A stretch of DNA of 32,000 nt from Pseudothioglobus sp. nBUS_23 (GCF_051201565.1 NZ_CP179200.1:960001-992000), one strand, 5' to 3'; counted from the stretch's first letter, positions 1-10,714 are shown. The notes: generated from the sequence alone by a model not told the origin. Numbers and translations: made by a program.

Positions 1-429
1 TCTTTCTTCAATAATTTCATCTGCATAGTCTTCGACAACTCTATCCTTTGGGCACATAATCATCTCTGATCCAAAAACTTTATTTAAGAAGACATTTCCA
101 GAGTTGTTATAAATTTCTGGAGCGCCTTTTAGCCTGTGTTCAAGGATTATAAGACACCTGAGACCTAGCTTTGCGCATGCAGCCGCTGTTTGTCTAGCAT
201 GGTTTGACTGAATTGCTCCAACGGTCACAACAAGATCAGCATTCTTATCAAGAGCATCAGCAAGGATAAATTCAAGTTTTCTTGTCTTATTGCCACCAGT
301 TGCCAGGCCAGTACAGTCATCTCTTTTGATATATATCTGAGGCCCGCCTAGAAAGGCAGAAATACTCTTTAAATGCTCAATGGGAGTGGGGAAGTGCCCT
401 AGGCTTAGTCTTTGAAAATTTTCAATCAT
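1..429 (-). CDS. dcyD: PLP-dependent D-cysteine desulfhydrase / ACC deaminase family protein, N-terminal 143 codons (3' end lies beyond the window edge)
   Basis: Absent from the supplied ORF track because it runs off the edge. Manual minus-strand translation from the ATG at 429 gives MIENFQRLSLGHFPTPIEHL..IKRDDCTGLATGGNKTRKLEFILADAL..VTVGAIQSNHARQTAAACAKLG. The GGNK.RKLEF lysine motif and the AIQSNH.RQTAA block match E. coli DcyD as I remember it. Confidence 0.75.
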   Translation of the reverse strand, partial: MIENFQRLSLGHFPTPIEHLKSISAFLGGPQIYIKRDDCTGLATGGNKTRKLEFILADALDKNADLVVTVGAIQSNHARQTAAACAKLGLRCLIILEHRLKGAPEIYNNSGNVFLNKVFGSEMIMCPKDRVVEDYADEIIEER

Positions 430-491
430 ATTAAGAGATTCTTTGGAATAACTATTTTTTAAATTGATTTTATAGTTAAACTTTTTAATAA

Positions 492-968
492 ATGAAAAAT
501 ATTATAAAAAGTGCCGTTTTCTCACCCTGTCGGAAATACAGATATTCTCTATCAAGAACATGGAATATCAATCAAAAAATAATTTTATTTATTGGTTTAA
601 ATCCTTCAACGGCAGATGAGACACATGACGACCCAACAATTAGAAGATGCCTCTTCTACTCATCTAGGTGGGGATTTGGGGGTTTGATCATGGTCAATTT
701 ATTTGCTTTTAGGGCAACTCTGCCAAAAGATTTAAAAAATTCAAAGCATCCAGTAGGCAGGGACAATAATCAGTTTATTGTTGATGCTCACAAAGAAGCC
801 TCAATGACTATAGCAGCATGGGGTAATGATGGAGGTCTTTACAATAGGGATCAAGAGGTGCTAGAAATAATTTCTAATCCAATGTGCCTTAAAGTTAATA
901 AAACCGGGAAACCAGCACATTCGCTCTATCAAAAAAAAGACATCAAACCAAAACCTTATAGTATTTGA
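492..968 (+). CDS. DUF1643 family protein (uncharacterised)
   Basis: 158-aa ORF with FSPCRKYRYSLSRTW, GLNPSTAD, DDPTIRRC and a C-terminal KPAHSLY, the motif set I associate with DUF1643. It is divergent from dcyD across a 62-bp spacer. Confidence 0.7.
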   Translation: MKNIIKSAVFSPCRKYRYSLSRTWNINQKIILFIGLNPSTADETHDDPTIRRCLFYSSRWGFGGLIMVNLFAFRATLPKDLKNSKHPVGRDNNQFIVDAHKEASMTIAAWGNDGGLYNRDQEVLEIISNPMCLKVNKTGKPAHSLYQKKDIKPKPYSI

Positions 969-1081
969 TTAATTATCTATATCTATAGAGTTAGGCACAT
1001 TAATTTATTAATAATGCATATAATTTATTAATCCTTAAACAACTGATTTATCAACTTAAAATTAGTGTCAATCTTTAATCT

Positions 1082-1870
1082 ATGAAATACATTGTTATTG
1101 ACCCAGTAATAGCTGACTTAGGTTTTGTTAAAGTGTATTGGTATGGAGTGATGTATCTTTTAGCTTTTCTCTCGGCATACTTGCTTGCAAGATATCGAAT
1201 TAAGTCAGAATCTTTATGGAATATCAAGCATGTCGATGACCTTATTTTTTATGGCGCCTTAGGAGCAGTTCTGGGAGGCAGGTTTGGGTATTTACTGTTT
1301 TATAACTGGTCAATCTTTATATCCAATCCATTCACTTTTTTCAATTTTCAGAATGGTGGAATGTCATTTCATGGAGGATTTCTAGGTGTTTTAATAGCCA
1401 TGATGGCTTTTAATAAGAAGCATCAGTTTAGTTTCTTTCAGACTACAGATTTTATAGCTCCTCTGATTCCTCTAGGTCTAGGGTTTGGAAGGATAGGTAA
1501 TTATATTAATGGTGAGCTCTGGGGAAGGGTTACTGAGAGTTCGTGGGGCGTATTCGCGCCCGATCAGAGTGGGTTTTGGGAAAAACGCTTCCCAACTCAG
1601 CTGTATGAGGCTTTCTTGGAGGGTTTGGTATTATTTTTTATATTATGGATCTTTAGCAATAGAAAGCGACCACTCATGGCAATATCCTCGTTATTCCTAA
1701 TTTTTTATGGCGCTTTTAGATTTATAATTGAATTTGTCAGGGCTCCGGACTCTCATATTGGATACCTTGCATTTGATTGGCTCACTATGGGACAGCTGCT
1801 GAGTCTTCCAATGGTTATCGTTGGAATTTATTTTTTATTTAAATCTTATCGATTAGAAGGAAAAACATGA
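1082..1870 (+). CDS. lgt: prolipoprotein diacylglyceryl transferase
   Basis: 262-aa polytopic membrane protein with [25 protein letters not shown] and [11 protein letters not shown] motifs typical of Lgt. The lgt-thyA order is as in E. coli. Confidence 0.9.
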   Translation: MKYIVIDPVIADLGFVKVYWYGVMYLLAFLSAYLLARYRIKSESLWNIKHVDDLIFYGALGAVLGGRFGYLLFYNWSIFISNPFTFFNFQNGGMSFHGGFLGVLIAMMAFNKKHQFSFFQTTDFIAPLIPLGLGFGRIGNYINGELWGRVTESSWGVFAPDQSGFWEKRFPTQLYEAFLEGLVLFFILWIFSNRKRPLMAISSLFLIFYGAFRFIIEFVRAPDSHIGYLAFDWLTMGQLLSLPMVIVGIYFLFKSYRLEGKT

Positions 1871-2661
1871 GGCAATATCTAGATTTTTTAAAGCTTGTTA
1901 AAGATAACGGGTCAGAAAAAACGGACAGAACTGGCACTGGCACCAAAAGTATTTTTGGTCACCAAATGCGCTTTAAGCTTTCAGAAGGTTTTCCAATCGT
2001 TACAACGAAGAGGGTGCATGTTCCCTCTGTTATTCATGAACTTCTTTGGTTTTTAAAAGGAGATACTAATATTAAATATCTCACTGAAAATAAGGTAAAT
2101 ATTTGGAATGAATGGGCTGATAAAAATGGTGATTTAGGGCCAGTTTATGGTGCTCAGTGGAGAAAGTGGAAAAATGCTGATGGTGATGAAATTGACCAAA
2201 TTAAGCAGGCCATTAATCTCATCAACAACGCTCCAGACTCGAGGCGAATTATTGTGTCAAGCTGGAATGTTGGTGAGCTTGGAAGTATGGCTCTTCAGCC
2301 TTGTCATGCACTTTTTCAGTTTTATGTTGCTGATGGCAAACTTTCCTGTCAGCTATATCAGAGAAGTGCCGATATCTTCCTAGGTGTGCCCTTTAATATT
2401 GCATCTTATGCGCTTCTCACTCACATGATTGCTCAGCAATGTAATTTGGGTGTTGGTGATTTTGTTTGGAGTGGCGGTGATTGTCATATTTATACTAACC
2501 ACTTTACACAGGTTGATACGCAGCTTACAAGGACACCAAAAAAACTCCCAACTCTATCAATTAAGAGAAAACCCAAGAGTATTTTTGACTACACATATGA
2601 TGATTTTGAGTTAATTGACTATGTACATGATGACCCTATCAAAGCTCCAGTTGCAGTTTAA
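1867..2661 (+). CDS. thyA: thymidylate synthase (ThyA type)
   Basis: 264 aa with [15 protein letters not shown], the catalytic-Cys block [13 protein letters not shown], and [24 protein letters not shown] overlap with the lgt stop. Confidence 0.95.
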   Translation: MRQYLDFLKLVKDNGSEKTDRTGTGTKSIFGHQMRFKLSEGFPIVTTKRVHVPSVIHELLWFLKGDTNIKYLTENKVNIWNEWADKNGDLGPVYGAQWRKWKNADGDEIDQIKQAINLINNAPDSRRIIVSSWNVGELGSMALQPCHALFQFYVADGKLSCQLYQRSADIFLGVPFNIASYALLTHMIAQQCNLGVGDFVWSGGDCHIYTNHFTQVDTQLTRTPKKLPTLSIKRKPKSIFDYTYDDFELIDYVHDDPIKAPVAV

Positions 2662-2664
2662 TTA

Positions 2665-3327
2665 ATGGACAAACTTCAAAAAAATCTCTCTTATCAATTT
2701 AGTGACATTGATTTACTTAAAAAAGCGCTAACGCATCGAAGCGTTAGCAAAAGTAACAATGAGCGACTTGAGTTTCTAGGTGATAGCGTTTTAGGTTCTA
2801 TCATCTCTGAAGAGCTATACTCCCGGCATGCAAACATCGATGAAGGGCAATTATCAAGGCTTCGATCTCATTTAGTTAGAGGTAACACCTTGGCAAATTT
2901 AGCTAAAAAACTAAATATTGCTGAAAACCTTAGACTTGGCCATGGCGAGCTTAAAAGTGGCGGATTTAGACGTGAATCAATCTTGGCTGATACATTTGAG
3001 GCGATCTTAGGGGCGATTTTTTTAGATTCCGATTATTTGACCGTTAAAAAGGTTACTTTATTTCTGTTTAGTGATCTTTTAAATGAGGCTAAATCAGAAG
3101 ACTCGCTTAAGGATTTTAAAACTCAGCTTCAGGAGTTACTTCAAAAAAAAGGCCACTCTCTGCCAAAATACGAACTATTGCAAACTAAGGGCAAAGATCA
3201 TAATGCTGTCTTCTATGTCAGCTGTCACATTGAAGAACTAAAAATCATGGTAGAGAAAAATGCAAAAAGCATTAAGAGAGCAGAGCAGGCTTGTGCTCAG
3301 TCAATTTTAGAAGAGATCAAAAGCTAA
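2665..3327 (+). CDS. rnc: ribonuclease III
   Basis: 220 aa with the RNase III signature NERLEFLGDSVLG and a C-terminal dsRBD. Sits in the rnc-era-recO-pdxJ-acpS order. Confidence 0.95.
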   Translation: MDKLQKNLSYQFSDIDLLKKALTHRSVSKSNNERLEFLGDSVLGSIISEELYSRHANIDEGQLSRLRSHLVRGNTLANLAKKLNIAENLRLGHGELKSGGFRRESILADTFEAILGAIFLDSDYLTVKKVTLFLFSDLLNEAKSEDSLKDFKTQLQELLQKKGHSLPKYELLQTKGKDHNAVFYVSCHIEELKIMVEKNAKSIKRAEQACAQSILEEIKS

Positions 3328-4211
3328 TGAATTTTCAATCTGGCTCTATTGCAGTTGTAGGTCGTCCAAACGTTGGAAAATCAACACTCGTAAATGAATT
3401 AATTGGTCAGAAACTGTCCATTACCTCACATCGTCCTCAAACAACCAGACATCGTATCAATGCAATTGATACTCAAGAATCCTATCAAATGGTCTTTGTA
3501 GATACACCCGGAATCCACATTGGAAACAACAAAGCTATTAATTCTTATATGAATAGGGCGGCTAGCTCAAGCTTTGGTGAGGTTGATATAATTATTTGGA
3601 TTGTTGAAGTCTTTAAATGGACTAAAGAGGATGCAAGAGTTTTAGAGCATCTCAGCAAGGTAAATATTCCAGTTTTATTGTGCATTAATAAGATAGATAA
3701 GGCTAGTTCAGTCGAAAAAATCCTCCCTTTTCTTGAATCTTTAGGTGAGAAATTTAAAGCGAATGAAGTCTTTCCACTGTCAGCTTTTGATCGACAAGAT
3801 ATCAAAAAGTTGAGAGGTCTAATACTCCAATATTTGCCCCAGCAAGAGGCAATTTATGACGAAGATTACATAACAGACAGATCTCAAAAGTTTGTCATCT
3901 CTGAATTTATCCGAGAAAAACTCATGAGAAATTTATCTAATGAGTTGCCATACGATATCACCGTTGAAATTGAAAAGTTTGAGCTTGATGGTAAGCTTTA
4001 CAGAATTGCTGCGCGCATTTTTGTTGACAAGGCGTCTCAAAAAAGCATTGTTATTGGTCAAAATGGAGAAATGCTCAAGAAAATTGGCCAGGAATCAAGG
4101 CGTACAATCGAGGGATTTTTAGAGGCAAAAGTTTTTTTAGAGCTATGGGTCAAAGTCAGGCAAGGATGGTCTGATGACAAGAGAGCTTTAGTGTCTCTAG
4201 GCTATGACTAG
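3327..4211 (+). CDS. era: GTPase Era
   Basis: G1 GRPNVGKST, G3 DTPG, G4 NKID and a C-terminal KH domain. I place the start at ATG 3327 (MNFQSGSIAVVGRPNVGKS), which overlaps the rnc TAA, rather than the upstream TTG at 3291 used by the track. Confidence 0.9.
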   Translation: MNFQSGSIAVVGRPNVGKSTLVNELIGQKLSITSHRPQTTRHRINAIDTQESYQMVFVDTPGIHIGNNKAINSYMNRAASSSFGEVDIIIWIVEVFKWTKEDARVLEHLSKVNIPVLLCINKIDKASSVEKILPFLESLGEKFKANEVFPLSAFDRQDIKKLRGLILQYLPQQEAIYDEDYITDRSQKFVISEFIREKLMRNLSNELPYDITVEIEKFELDGKLYRIAARIFVDKASQKSIVIGQNGEMLKKIGQESRRTIEGFLEAKVFLELWVKVRQGWSDDKRALVSLGYD

Positions 4212-4887
4212 AGTTGACAATACTCAAGCTTTTTTGATTCATCGCAGGATGTACCAGGGAAGCTCCCTGTTACTGGACTTTTTTACTAAAGACTCTGGAA
4301 GATTGAGGCTCATTGCTAGAGGCGCAAGGAAAAGTAAAACATCATTACAAATGTTCCAATGCCTAAGTATCTCATTCAAAGGGAAGGGTGAGCTAAAAAG
4401 CCTTTCACAATGGGAAGTAGATGACCAGCCAAGGCGATTACTTGGGGATGACTTAATTTTAGCAATGTATGCAAACGAACTCATTCTTAGACTTCTTCCA
4501 GAAAACGATGAGTATCCAGAGACTTTTAATTCATACTGGGCTTTCTTAGCAAATCTGAATGCTTTAGATTCCAGCGAAAAAGAATACGCGCTTCGAAACT
4601 TTGAAAACCAAATGCTGGAAGATTTGGGATATGGTTTAGATTTTAGTTTTGATATCAATGATGAGCGCATAAAAGAAGATCTGCAGTATGAATTTATTGA
4701 GCATCAAGGCTTTAATAAAAACAGTAATGGGGCGGTTTCAGGAAAAGCTCTTGTCAGCCTTTCAAAACAGGAAATAATTACTGATCCAATTCAGTTAACT
4801 ATTTTAAAAAAAATGAATCGAAAAAGACTAAAATCACTCCTTGGAGACAAGCCACTCAAAAGTAAAGAGTTATTTTTTGTTAAATAG
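4204..4887 (+). CDS. recO: DNA repair protein RecO
   Basis: 227 aa with a [27 protein letters not shown]-terminus typical of RecO. Conserved position after era, with an 8-nt overlap. Confidence 0.85.
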   Translation: MTRVDNTQAFLIHRRMYQGSSLLLDFFTKDSGRLRLIARGARKSKTSLQMFQCLSISFKGKGELKSLSQWEVDDQPRRLLGDDLILAMYANELILRLLPENDEYPETFNSYWAFLANLNALDSSEKEYALRNFENQMLEDLGYGLDFSFDINDERIKEDLQYEFIEHQGFNKNSNGAVSGKALVSLSKQEIITDPIQLTILKKMNRKRLKSLLGDKPLKSKELFFVK

Positions 4888-4895
4888 GAATATTT

Positions 4896-5627
4896 ATGAG
4901 TATATTTTTAGGTGTAAATATTGACCATATAGCTACGCTAAGACAAGCCAGGGGTACCAAATATCCAAGCTTAATAGACGCAGCTAGAATTTGTGAAGAT
5001 TCAGGTGCTGACAGCATCACGCTTCACTTGCGAGAAGATAGACGACATATTCAGGACTATGATGTTGAGGCTTTAAAGCATTCACTCACAACAAAAATGA
5101 ATCTTGAAATGGCGGCTACAGCTGAAATGCTCAAAATAGCTTCTAATATATCACCTGAGGACTGCTGCCTTGTTCCAGAAAAAAGACAAGAACTGACTAC
5201 AGAAGGGGGGTTAGACGTTGTCTCACAGCTATCCAGAATGAAAGAAGTGTGTGCTGAACTTAGCTCAAACAATATTAAAACCTCTTTATTTATTGATGCT
5301 GACAAGGATCAAATTGATGCCAGTGTTGAGAGCGGCGCACCAATCATCGAAATTCACACTGGGCACTATGCAAATGCTTCTAATAATGAACAGATAGATG
5401 CTGAGCTTAAAAGGATTATCGAGGCAAGTGAGTATGCACATAGCCTGGGATTACAGGTGAATGCTGGTCATGGATTAACCTTGGAAAATACACAAGCAAT
5501 TGCTTCTATTGATACGATGGTTGAGCTTAATATTGGGCACTCAATCATTGCGAGATCTTTATTTGTTGGTCTCGCAAATGCGACGTCAGAAATGAAAAAA
5601 CTCCTCCAAGAGGCAAGAAACTTGTGA
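4896..5627 (+). CDS. pdxJ: pyridoxine 5'-phosphate synthase
   Basis: 243 aa with [36 protein letters not shown] and NAGHGL motifs of PdxJ. Confidence 0.95.
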   Translation: MSIFLGVNIDHIATLRQARGTKYPSLIDAARICEDSGADSITLHLREDRRHIQDYDVEALKHSLTTKMNLEMAATAEMLKIASNISPEDCCLVPEKRQELTTEGGLDVVSQLSRMKEVCAELSSNNIKTSLFIDADKDQIDASVESGAPIIEIHTGHYANASNNEQIDAELKRIIEASEYAHSLGLQVNAGHGLTLENTQAIASIDTMVELNIGHSIIARSLFVGLANATSEMKKLLQEARNL

Positions 5628-6019
5628 TTTATGGTATTGGTACAGATATAGTAAGCATCGAAAGGGTTCAAAAAATCCTAAAAAAAAATAGGGAAGGTTT
5701 TATCAATCGAGTTTTAACTGAGCATGAGAGAGCTCTATTTGCAAACAAAGCTGATAGTGCAGCTTTCTGTGCCAAGAGGTTTGCGGCCAAAGAGGCATTT
5801 TCTAAAGCTTTGGGAACTGGTATTGGAAGAGTTGTAAGCTTTCAGGACTTGACGGTAAGGAACAATGAAAATGGCAAGCCTTACTTTATGCCAAGTGAAA
5901 AGCTAAGATTATATCTCCAGGAAAAGGGAATTAAGCAAGGACATTTAAGTATCTCTGATGAGAGCTCAAATGCAGTAGCTTTTGTTGTTCTAGAAACTGA
6001 AGATATTACTAAAGAATAA
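5624..6019 (+). CDS. acpS: holo-[acyl-carrier-protein] synthase
   Basis: 131 aa with [15 protein letters not shown] and [19 protein letters not shown] start overlapping the pdxJ TGA (GTGA). Confidence 0.9.
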   Translation: MIYGIGTDIVSIERVQKILKKNREGFINRVLTEHERALFANKADSAAFCAKRFAAKEAFSKALGTGIGRVVSFQDLTVRNNENGKPYFMPSEKLRLYLQEKGIKQGHLSISDESSNAVAFVVLETEDITKE

Positions 6020-6033
6020 TCTTTTTAATTCAG

Positions 6034-6501
6034 TTAGAAGGGGATATCATCCTCGAACTCATCTGAAGCAACGGGTGTAATTGCCGGGGCCGGCTGATTT
6101 GAATTTTGAGCTTGGGGCTGTGCTTGCTGAGAAACAGCATTTGAATTCATATCATCACGACGATCTAACATTTGCAGAGTTCCACTATAGCCACTAATGA
6201 CAACCTCAGTTGTATAGCGATCTTGACCATTCTGATCTTGCCATTTTCGTGTTTGAAGCTTGCCTTCTACATAGACCTTAGAGCCTTTATCTAGATACTG
6301 TCCAGCAATTTCAGCTACTTTACCAAATAGACTAACTCTATGCCATTCAGTTCTCTCCTGTTTTTGACCTGTGCTTTTGTCAGTCCAAGATTCACTTGTT
6401 GCAACGGATAAATTACTAATAGCGTTTCCATTTGATGCATATTTAATTTCTGGTTTAGCGCCTAAATTTCCTACCAAAATTACTTTATTTATCCCTGCCA
6501 T
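6034..6501 (-). CDS. ssb: single-stranded DNA-binding protein
   Basis: 155 aa with an OB-fold N-terminus ([25 protein letters not shown]), a Q/P-rich linker and the canonical acidic tail DDIPF. Confidence 0.95.
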   Translation of the reverse strand: MAGINKVILVGNLGAKPEIKYASNGNAISNLSVATSESWTDKSTGQKQERTEWHRVSLFGKVAEIAGQYLDKGSKVYVEGKLQTRKWQDQNGQDRYTTEVVISGYSGTLQMLDRRDDMNSNAVSQQAQPQAQNSNQPAPAITPVASDEFEDDIPF

Positions 6502-6506
6502 TGTAA

Positions 6507-7676
6507 TTATCTCTCCTTTAATGTTATAGTTTTCAGTGGCACTAAGAGTATCAATACCAACCAGATGAATGCAACAAATATTGTAAATAAGAATACACTA
6601 TTTAGATCGTAAATGTCGTAAATCAATCCCCCAATTGCCCCTCCAAAAAAAGTCCCTAAAAATTGAGATGTGGAGAAAACACCCATAGCTAATCCTCTCT
6701 TTTCAGCATCTGCTGTTCTAGATAAAAGTGAGGGCAAAAGGGCTTCAATTGAATTAAATGCAGTAAAAAAAATTGTTAGTGTAATTAGAAATATTTGAAA
6801 GTTTAATGAGGCATTAAAAAAAACAAATTGACTCACAATCAATAAGAGAATGCAAAGCAATAAAATGTATTTTGTTTTATTAAATTTTTCTGAAACTACA
6901 ATTAGTGGAATCATTCCTAAAAAAGATAAAAAAATAGCTGGGAGATAGAGGCGCCAGTTATCAATCATGCTTACAATCTGATTTTCTACTATCAAAATTG
7001 GCATGACAATAAATCCAGCTGCAAGAATTAAATGAAGGCTAAAAATACTTACATCTAATGTAATTAATTCTTTTGTTAAAGACTCTTTAAGAGACTTAAA
7101 AGAAAGTTTGTAGTAGGCAATAGGTTTTGAGTGTTCAAGAGAAATCACAATTAACATTGCTAATAAAGACAAAAGAGCAATTGTCCAAAAAACGCCTTCA
7201 AGGCCAACCCTAGAGCTTATTATTGGCCCAATCAATAAAGAAAGCATAAAAGCTACTCCTATCTGAAAACCAACAAAAGCATTTGCCTTCGCTCTATTTT
7301 CTTCATGTACCGAATCAGCAAGAAATGCCATTAAAACTGCAGATATTGCTCCTCCTCCTTGAAGTGCTCTTCCTAAAACAACAATGATTAAATTTGAGGT
7401 GTTCGCTGCCAGAACACTCCCTAAAAAAAAGATTGCAATACCGATGATTAAAATTGGTTTTCTACCAAATCGGTCAGAAAGATAGCCAAAAGGAATTTGT
7501 AAAAGCGCTTGAGTTAATCCATAAATACCAATTGCCATGCCTATTAGCAGAGCTGAAGCATTGTCATATTCAACTGCATAAACGCTCATGACAGGGAACA
7601 GCATAAACAACCCCAGCATTCTAACTGACATGACTAGGGATACCTTTAAAGCAAAAATTCTCTCTACAGAATTCAT
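6507..7676 (-). CDS. MFS transporter
   Basis: 389 aa, about 12 predicted TM helices, MFS loop motif [11 protein letters not shown]. Stop codon lies 5 nt from the ssb start; an MFS-ssb pairing also occurs in Pseudomonas, from memory. Confidence 0.8.
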   Translation of the reverse strand: MNSVERIFALKVSLVMSVRMLGLFMLFPVMSVYAVEYDNASALLIGMAIGIYGLTQALLQIPFGYLSDRFGRKPILIIGIAIFFLGSVLAANTSNLIIVVLGRALQGGGAISAVLMAFLADSVHEENRAKANAFVGFQIGVAFMLSLLIGPIISSRVGLEGVFWTIALLSLLAMLIVISLEHSKPIAYYKLSFKSLKESLTKELITLDVSIFSLHLILAAGFIVMPILIVENQIVSMIDNWRLYLPAIFLSFLGMIPLIVVSEKFNKTKYILLLCILLLIVSQFVFFNASLNFQIFLITLTIFFTAFNSIEALLPSLLSRTADAEKRGLAMGVFSTSQFLGTFFGGAIGGLIYDIYDLNSVFLFTIFVAFIWLVLILLVPLKTITLKER

Positions 7677-7696
7677 AGATTAAATGCTTAAACTGT

Positions 7697-8467
7697 CTAT
7701 TTAAGAGAGTAGCTAGGAGAGTAGTTTGGATAACTCGAGTTTAATATCTCCATAGCATCAGTTGCTAGATCATTAGCATTAATTAGGTTGTAGTTGAACG
7801 CCATAAGATGGAGCGCATCTGGTATTGGCGCACTATTTGGATAATTTTCAATGATATATTTGCAGCGATTAATGGCTGCAACATTAGAGTTTATATCAGT
7901 ATAGTATAGAGCAACATAAAATTCATGTCTGGCAAGTGTATTTCTTAAGACTGCTAACTTTAATTTAGCGTCCTCAGCATACTTTGAGTTAGGGAAAGTC
8001 TCTATCAGTTCAACAAAATACCCATATGCATCTCTGACACTTTCGACGTCTCTTTGTGCACTATCAGTTATTAGTTTATCAAGGATTGAGCTTGATTTTT
8101 TTTCTGCAGCAACACCTCTTAGATAGTAGGCATAGGGTGTAGCAGGAATATCAGGATATTTATTAATAAATTGATTAAGTGTAGTTATTGATCGATTGTA
8201 TTTTTTTTGCTTAAGAAGATTGAATGCTATATCAAGTCTGGCTTGAATTGCATACTTTGATCCAGGATAGGAAGATAAAATCATTTCATACTGATCAATT
8301 GCTTGCTCAATTGATCCTGCATCAACCTTATCTTCAGCTTGCTCGTAAAGTTCTTTTGGTGTTAAGCCATCGGCAACTAGATTTTTAGTATCTTTGTTGC
8401 CCCCAAAAACTGAACAGCCTGACAAAAAACATACTAAAGAAAATGCAAAGAATAATCTAAATTTCAT
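7697..8467 (-). CDS. bamD: outer membrane protein assembly factor BamD (TPR lipoprotein)
   Basis: TPR-rich protein with a lipoprotein signal MKFRLFFAFSLVCFLSGCS (lipobox LSGC). I start it at ATG 8467 rather than 8497 so that the signal peptide is N-terminal. Confidence 0.8.
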   Translation of the reverse strand: MKFRLFFAFSLVCFLSGCSVFGGNKDTKNLVADGLTPKELYEQAEDKVDAGSIEQAIDQYEMILSSYPGSKYAIQARLDIAFNLLKQKKYNRSITTLNQFINKYPDIPATPYAYYLRGVAAEKKSSSILDKLITDSAQRDVESVRDAYGYFVELIETFPNSKYAEDAKLKLAVLRNTLARHEFYVALYYTDINSNVAAINRCKYIIENYPNSAPIPDALHLMAFNYNLINANDLATDAMEILNSSYPNYSPSYSLK

Positions 8468-8608
8468 TTTAAGTTCTGATTTATAACTAGTAAGCAAATT
8501 ATACTATCGTGCACTTTGTCTGGAAACCTTTATATAAAGAACTTAAAGGTAGCATCAGCATGATTATATAATTATAAATATTTTTTAAAAAAATGACTAA
8601 AAACATTA

Positions 8609-10714
8609 ATGGCAACAAACTTATTTCAAATTAAGTCTCAAATATCCTATCTTTGCAGTGTTTTAGAAGAATACATGTCTAATGAAGAGATTGAATTGGT
8701 TAAAAAAGCCCACAAGATTGCCGAAAAAGCGCATTCTGGTCAATTCAGAAAATCAGGTGAACCCTATATCAGTCATCCGCTATCAGTTGCCTTAATAATT
8801 GCCGATCTAAAGCTTGACTATTTATGTATTGTTGCAGCAATTCTTCATGATTGTATAGAAGATACTTCAGTCACAAAAGATGATGTTAAAAATCAATTTG
8901 GAGAACAGGTTGCTCATATAGTTGAAGGTGTATCAAAGCTTACAAACCTTGAATTTACCTCTAGCTCTCAGAAACAAGCTGAAAATTTTCAAAAACTCAT
9001 TCTTGCCATGTCAAAAGACATGAGAGTCATGATCATAAAACTTGCTGATAGGCTGCACAATATGAGAACTATCGACTCAATGAGCGAAGAGAAAAAATTT
9101 CTTAAGGCCAAGGAAACTTCTGAGCTTCATGCGCCAATTGCTAGAAGATTAGGGCTTCATAGCATTGGTGTAGAGCTTGATGATTTATGCTTTAAAACAC
9201 TTCACCCAAGAAAGCATTTAGTGATTGAAAGAAAAATAAAAAAGCAGTATGGAAACCAAAAGAAAACAATAAACCTTATCAAAACTGAAATAGAAAATAG
9301 ATTAAAGTTTGAACAGATCGCTGCAACGGTAGAAGGAAGGCAAAAACAACCTTCAAGCATCTATAACAAAATGAAAATCAAATCACGTAAGTTTTCTGAA
9401 GTTCTCGATATGCATGCATTCAGAGTAGTTGTTGAGAATACCAATGCATGTTATCAAGCTTTAGGCCATATTCATAGCTTATATAAACCAATACCTCTTA
9501 AGTTCAAAGATTACATTTCTGCACCAAAACCTAATGGATATCAATCACTTCATACTGTTTTAATTGGGCCAAGAAATATGTTTATTGAGGTTCAAATTAG
9601 ATCCCAAGAAATGGACTTTATTTCAGAATATGGTATTGCAGCTCACTGGCATTACAAAAATACTGATAAGCCATCTAAAAAACTTGCTAGAAACTGGATG
9701 GGTTCGTTGCTAGATATTCAGCAGAATACAGATACTTCAATTGACTTTTTAGAGAGTACAAAGTCAGACTTATTCTCAGATGAGGTCTTTGTTTTTACTC
9801 CGGCTGGGAAAATTATTCAACTCCCTCTCAGATCAACAGTGCTCGATTTTGCTTATGCAGTCCATACAAATATTGGTAAAAAAGCTCAAAAAGCAACAAT
9901 TAATGGGAATGAATCAGAACTTTCAACACGTCTCAAGTCAGGTCAAACTGTTGAAATTATAACTGGTAGATTTGTAAAACCTAAGCCTGGATGGCTTGAC
10001 ATTGTAGTGACTTCTAAAGCTAAAACTGCCATTAAAGCCCACTTAAAAGACAACTCTAAGGTTGAACTAGCAAGACTAGGAAAGCTTTTAATATCAGATG
10101 CTCTCAAATTTCAAAAAATAAAAATTAATGATGTTCCTTTAGATAAATGGAATAAATGCTTTAAAGAGCTTAATTGTGCTGATTTTCAGGATTTGTATAT
10201 CAAAGTTGGATTATCGGAGATTTTTGTTGCCGTAGTTGTGAATAAGTTATTACAAGACATCAATAATGAAACAGTCAATACTTTGACTATTGGCCAAACT
10301 AAAGGCATGGCAATTAATTTTGCTCACTGCTGTTACCCTATTCCTGGAGACGAAGTTACTGGTGTTTTGACCTCTATGAGAGGCTTAGTACTTCATCGAT
10401 CTAATTGCACTCAGCTAGAGCACATAAAGGAAAAAAATGCTCAATGGATGGAGGTTGATTGGCATTCTGATGAAAATGAGCAATTTGAGGTAGGAATTAG
10501 TTGTTTAGTCGAAAATCGAAGTGGAAGATTGGCTGCAATAGCAAATACTGTAGCTAACCTTGGAGTCAATATTGAAAACATTGAACAACAGAGTAGGCCA
10601 GATTCATCAAGACTTTTTCATATAGTCGTTGCTGTGACAAATATCATTGAATTAAATAATGTTCTAGACAAGTTAAACAACCTTCCACATGTAATATCAG
10701 CTGGAAGACTTTAA
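8609..10714 (+). CDS. spoT: bifunctional (p)ppGpp synthetase/hydrolase, SpoT type
   Basis: 701 aa, collinear with E. coli SpoT as remembered. HD hydrolase (HSGQFRKSGEPYISHP, ILHDCIEDT), synthetase (YKPIP..FKDYI..PK.NGYQSLHT), TGS (VFVFTP.G) and a C-terminal ACT region. Confidence 0.9.
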   Translation: MATNLFQIKSQISYLCSVLEEYMSNEEIELVKKAHKIAEKAHSGQFRKSGEPYISHPLSVALIIADLKLDYLCIVAAILHDCIEDTSVTKDDVKNQFGEQVAHIVEGVSKLTNLEFTSSSQKQAENFQKLILAMSKDMRVMIIKLADRLHNMRTIDSMSEEKKFLKAKETSELHAPIARRLGLHSIGVELDDLCFKTLHPRKHLVIERKIKKQYGNQKKTINLIKTEIENRLKFEQIAATVEGRQKQPSSIYNKMKIKSRKFSEVLDMHAFRVVVENTNACYQALGHIHSLYKPIPLKFKDYISAPKPNGYQSLHTVLIGPRNMFIEVQIRSQEMDFISEYGIAAHWHYKNTDKPSKKLARNWMGSLLDIQQNTDTSIDFLESTKSDLFSDEVFVFTPAGKIIQLPLRSTVLDFAYAVHTNIGKKAQKATINGNESELSTRLKSGQTVEIITGRFVKPKPGWLDIVVTSKAKTAIKAHLKDNSKVELARLGKLLISDALKFQKIKINDVPLDKWNKCFKELNCADFQDLYIKVGLSEIFVAVVVNKLLQDINNETVNTLTIGQTKGMAINFAHCCYPIPGDEVTGVLTSMRGLVLHRSNCTQLEHIKEKNAQWMEVDWHSDENEQFEVGISCLVENRSGRLAAIANTVANLGVNIENIEQQSRPDSSRLFHIVVAVTNIIELNNVLDKLNNLPHVISAGRL

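Noticed and set aside
969-1081. Direct repeat AATTTATTAAT (twice, about 24 bp apart) upstream of lgt
   Set aside because: It is a short, low-complexity AT repeat in a promoter-like spacer and cannot be distinguished from compositional chance.
3291-3326. Longer upstream starts offered by the ORF track (era 3291, bamD 8497, iscX 10782, cpoB 13154, aapJ 17386, aapP 20933)
   Set aside because: Downstream ATGs give N-termini that match the family (Era G1 motif spacing) or place signal peptides/lipoboxes at the true N-terminus. For aapJ the downstream ATG also follows a strong SD. The longer forms would overlap upstream genes or bury signal peptides.
4239-4670. 143-aa antisense ORF inside recO
   Set aside because: It lies wholly opposite a well-supported RecO coding region. 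The product is Ser/Lys/Phe-rich low complexity with no recognisable motif, as expected for the stop-poor antisense frame of a coding sequence.
8540-8570. Short inverted repeat CCTTTA-N11-TAAAGG in the bamD/spoT divergent spacer
   Set aside because: It is only a 6-bp AT-rich stem, which is expected by chance in this composition.
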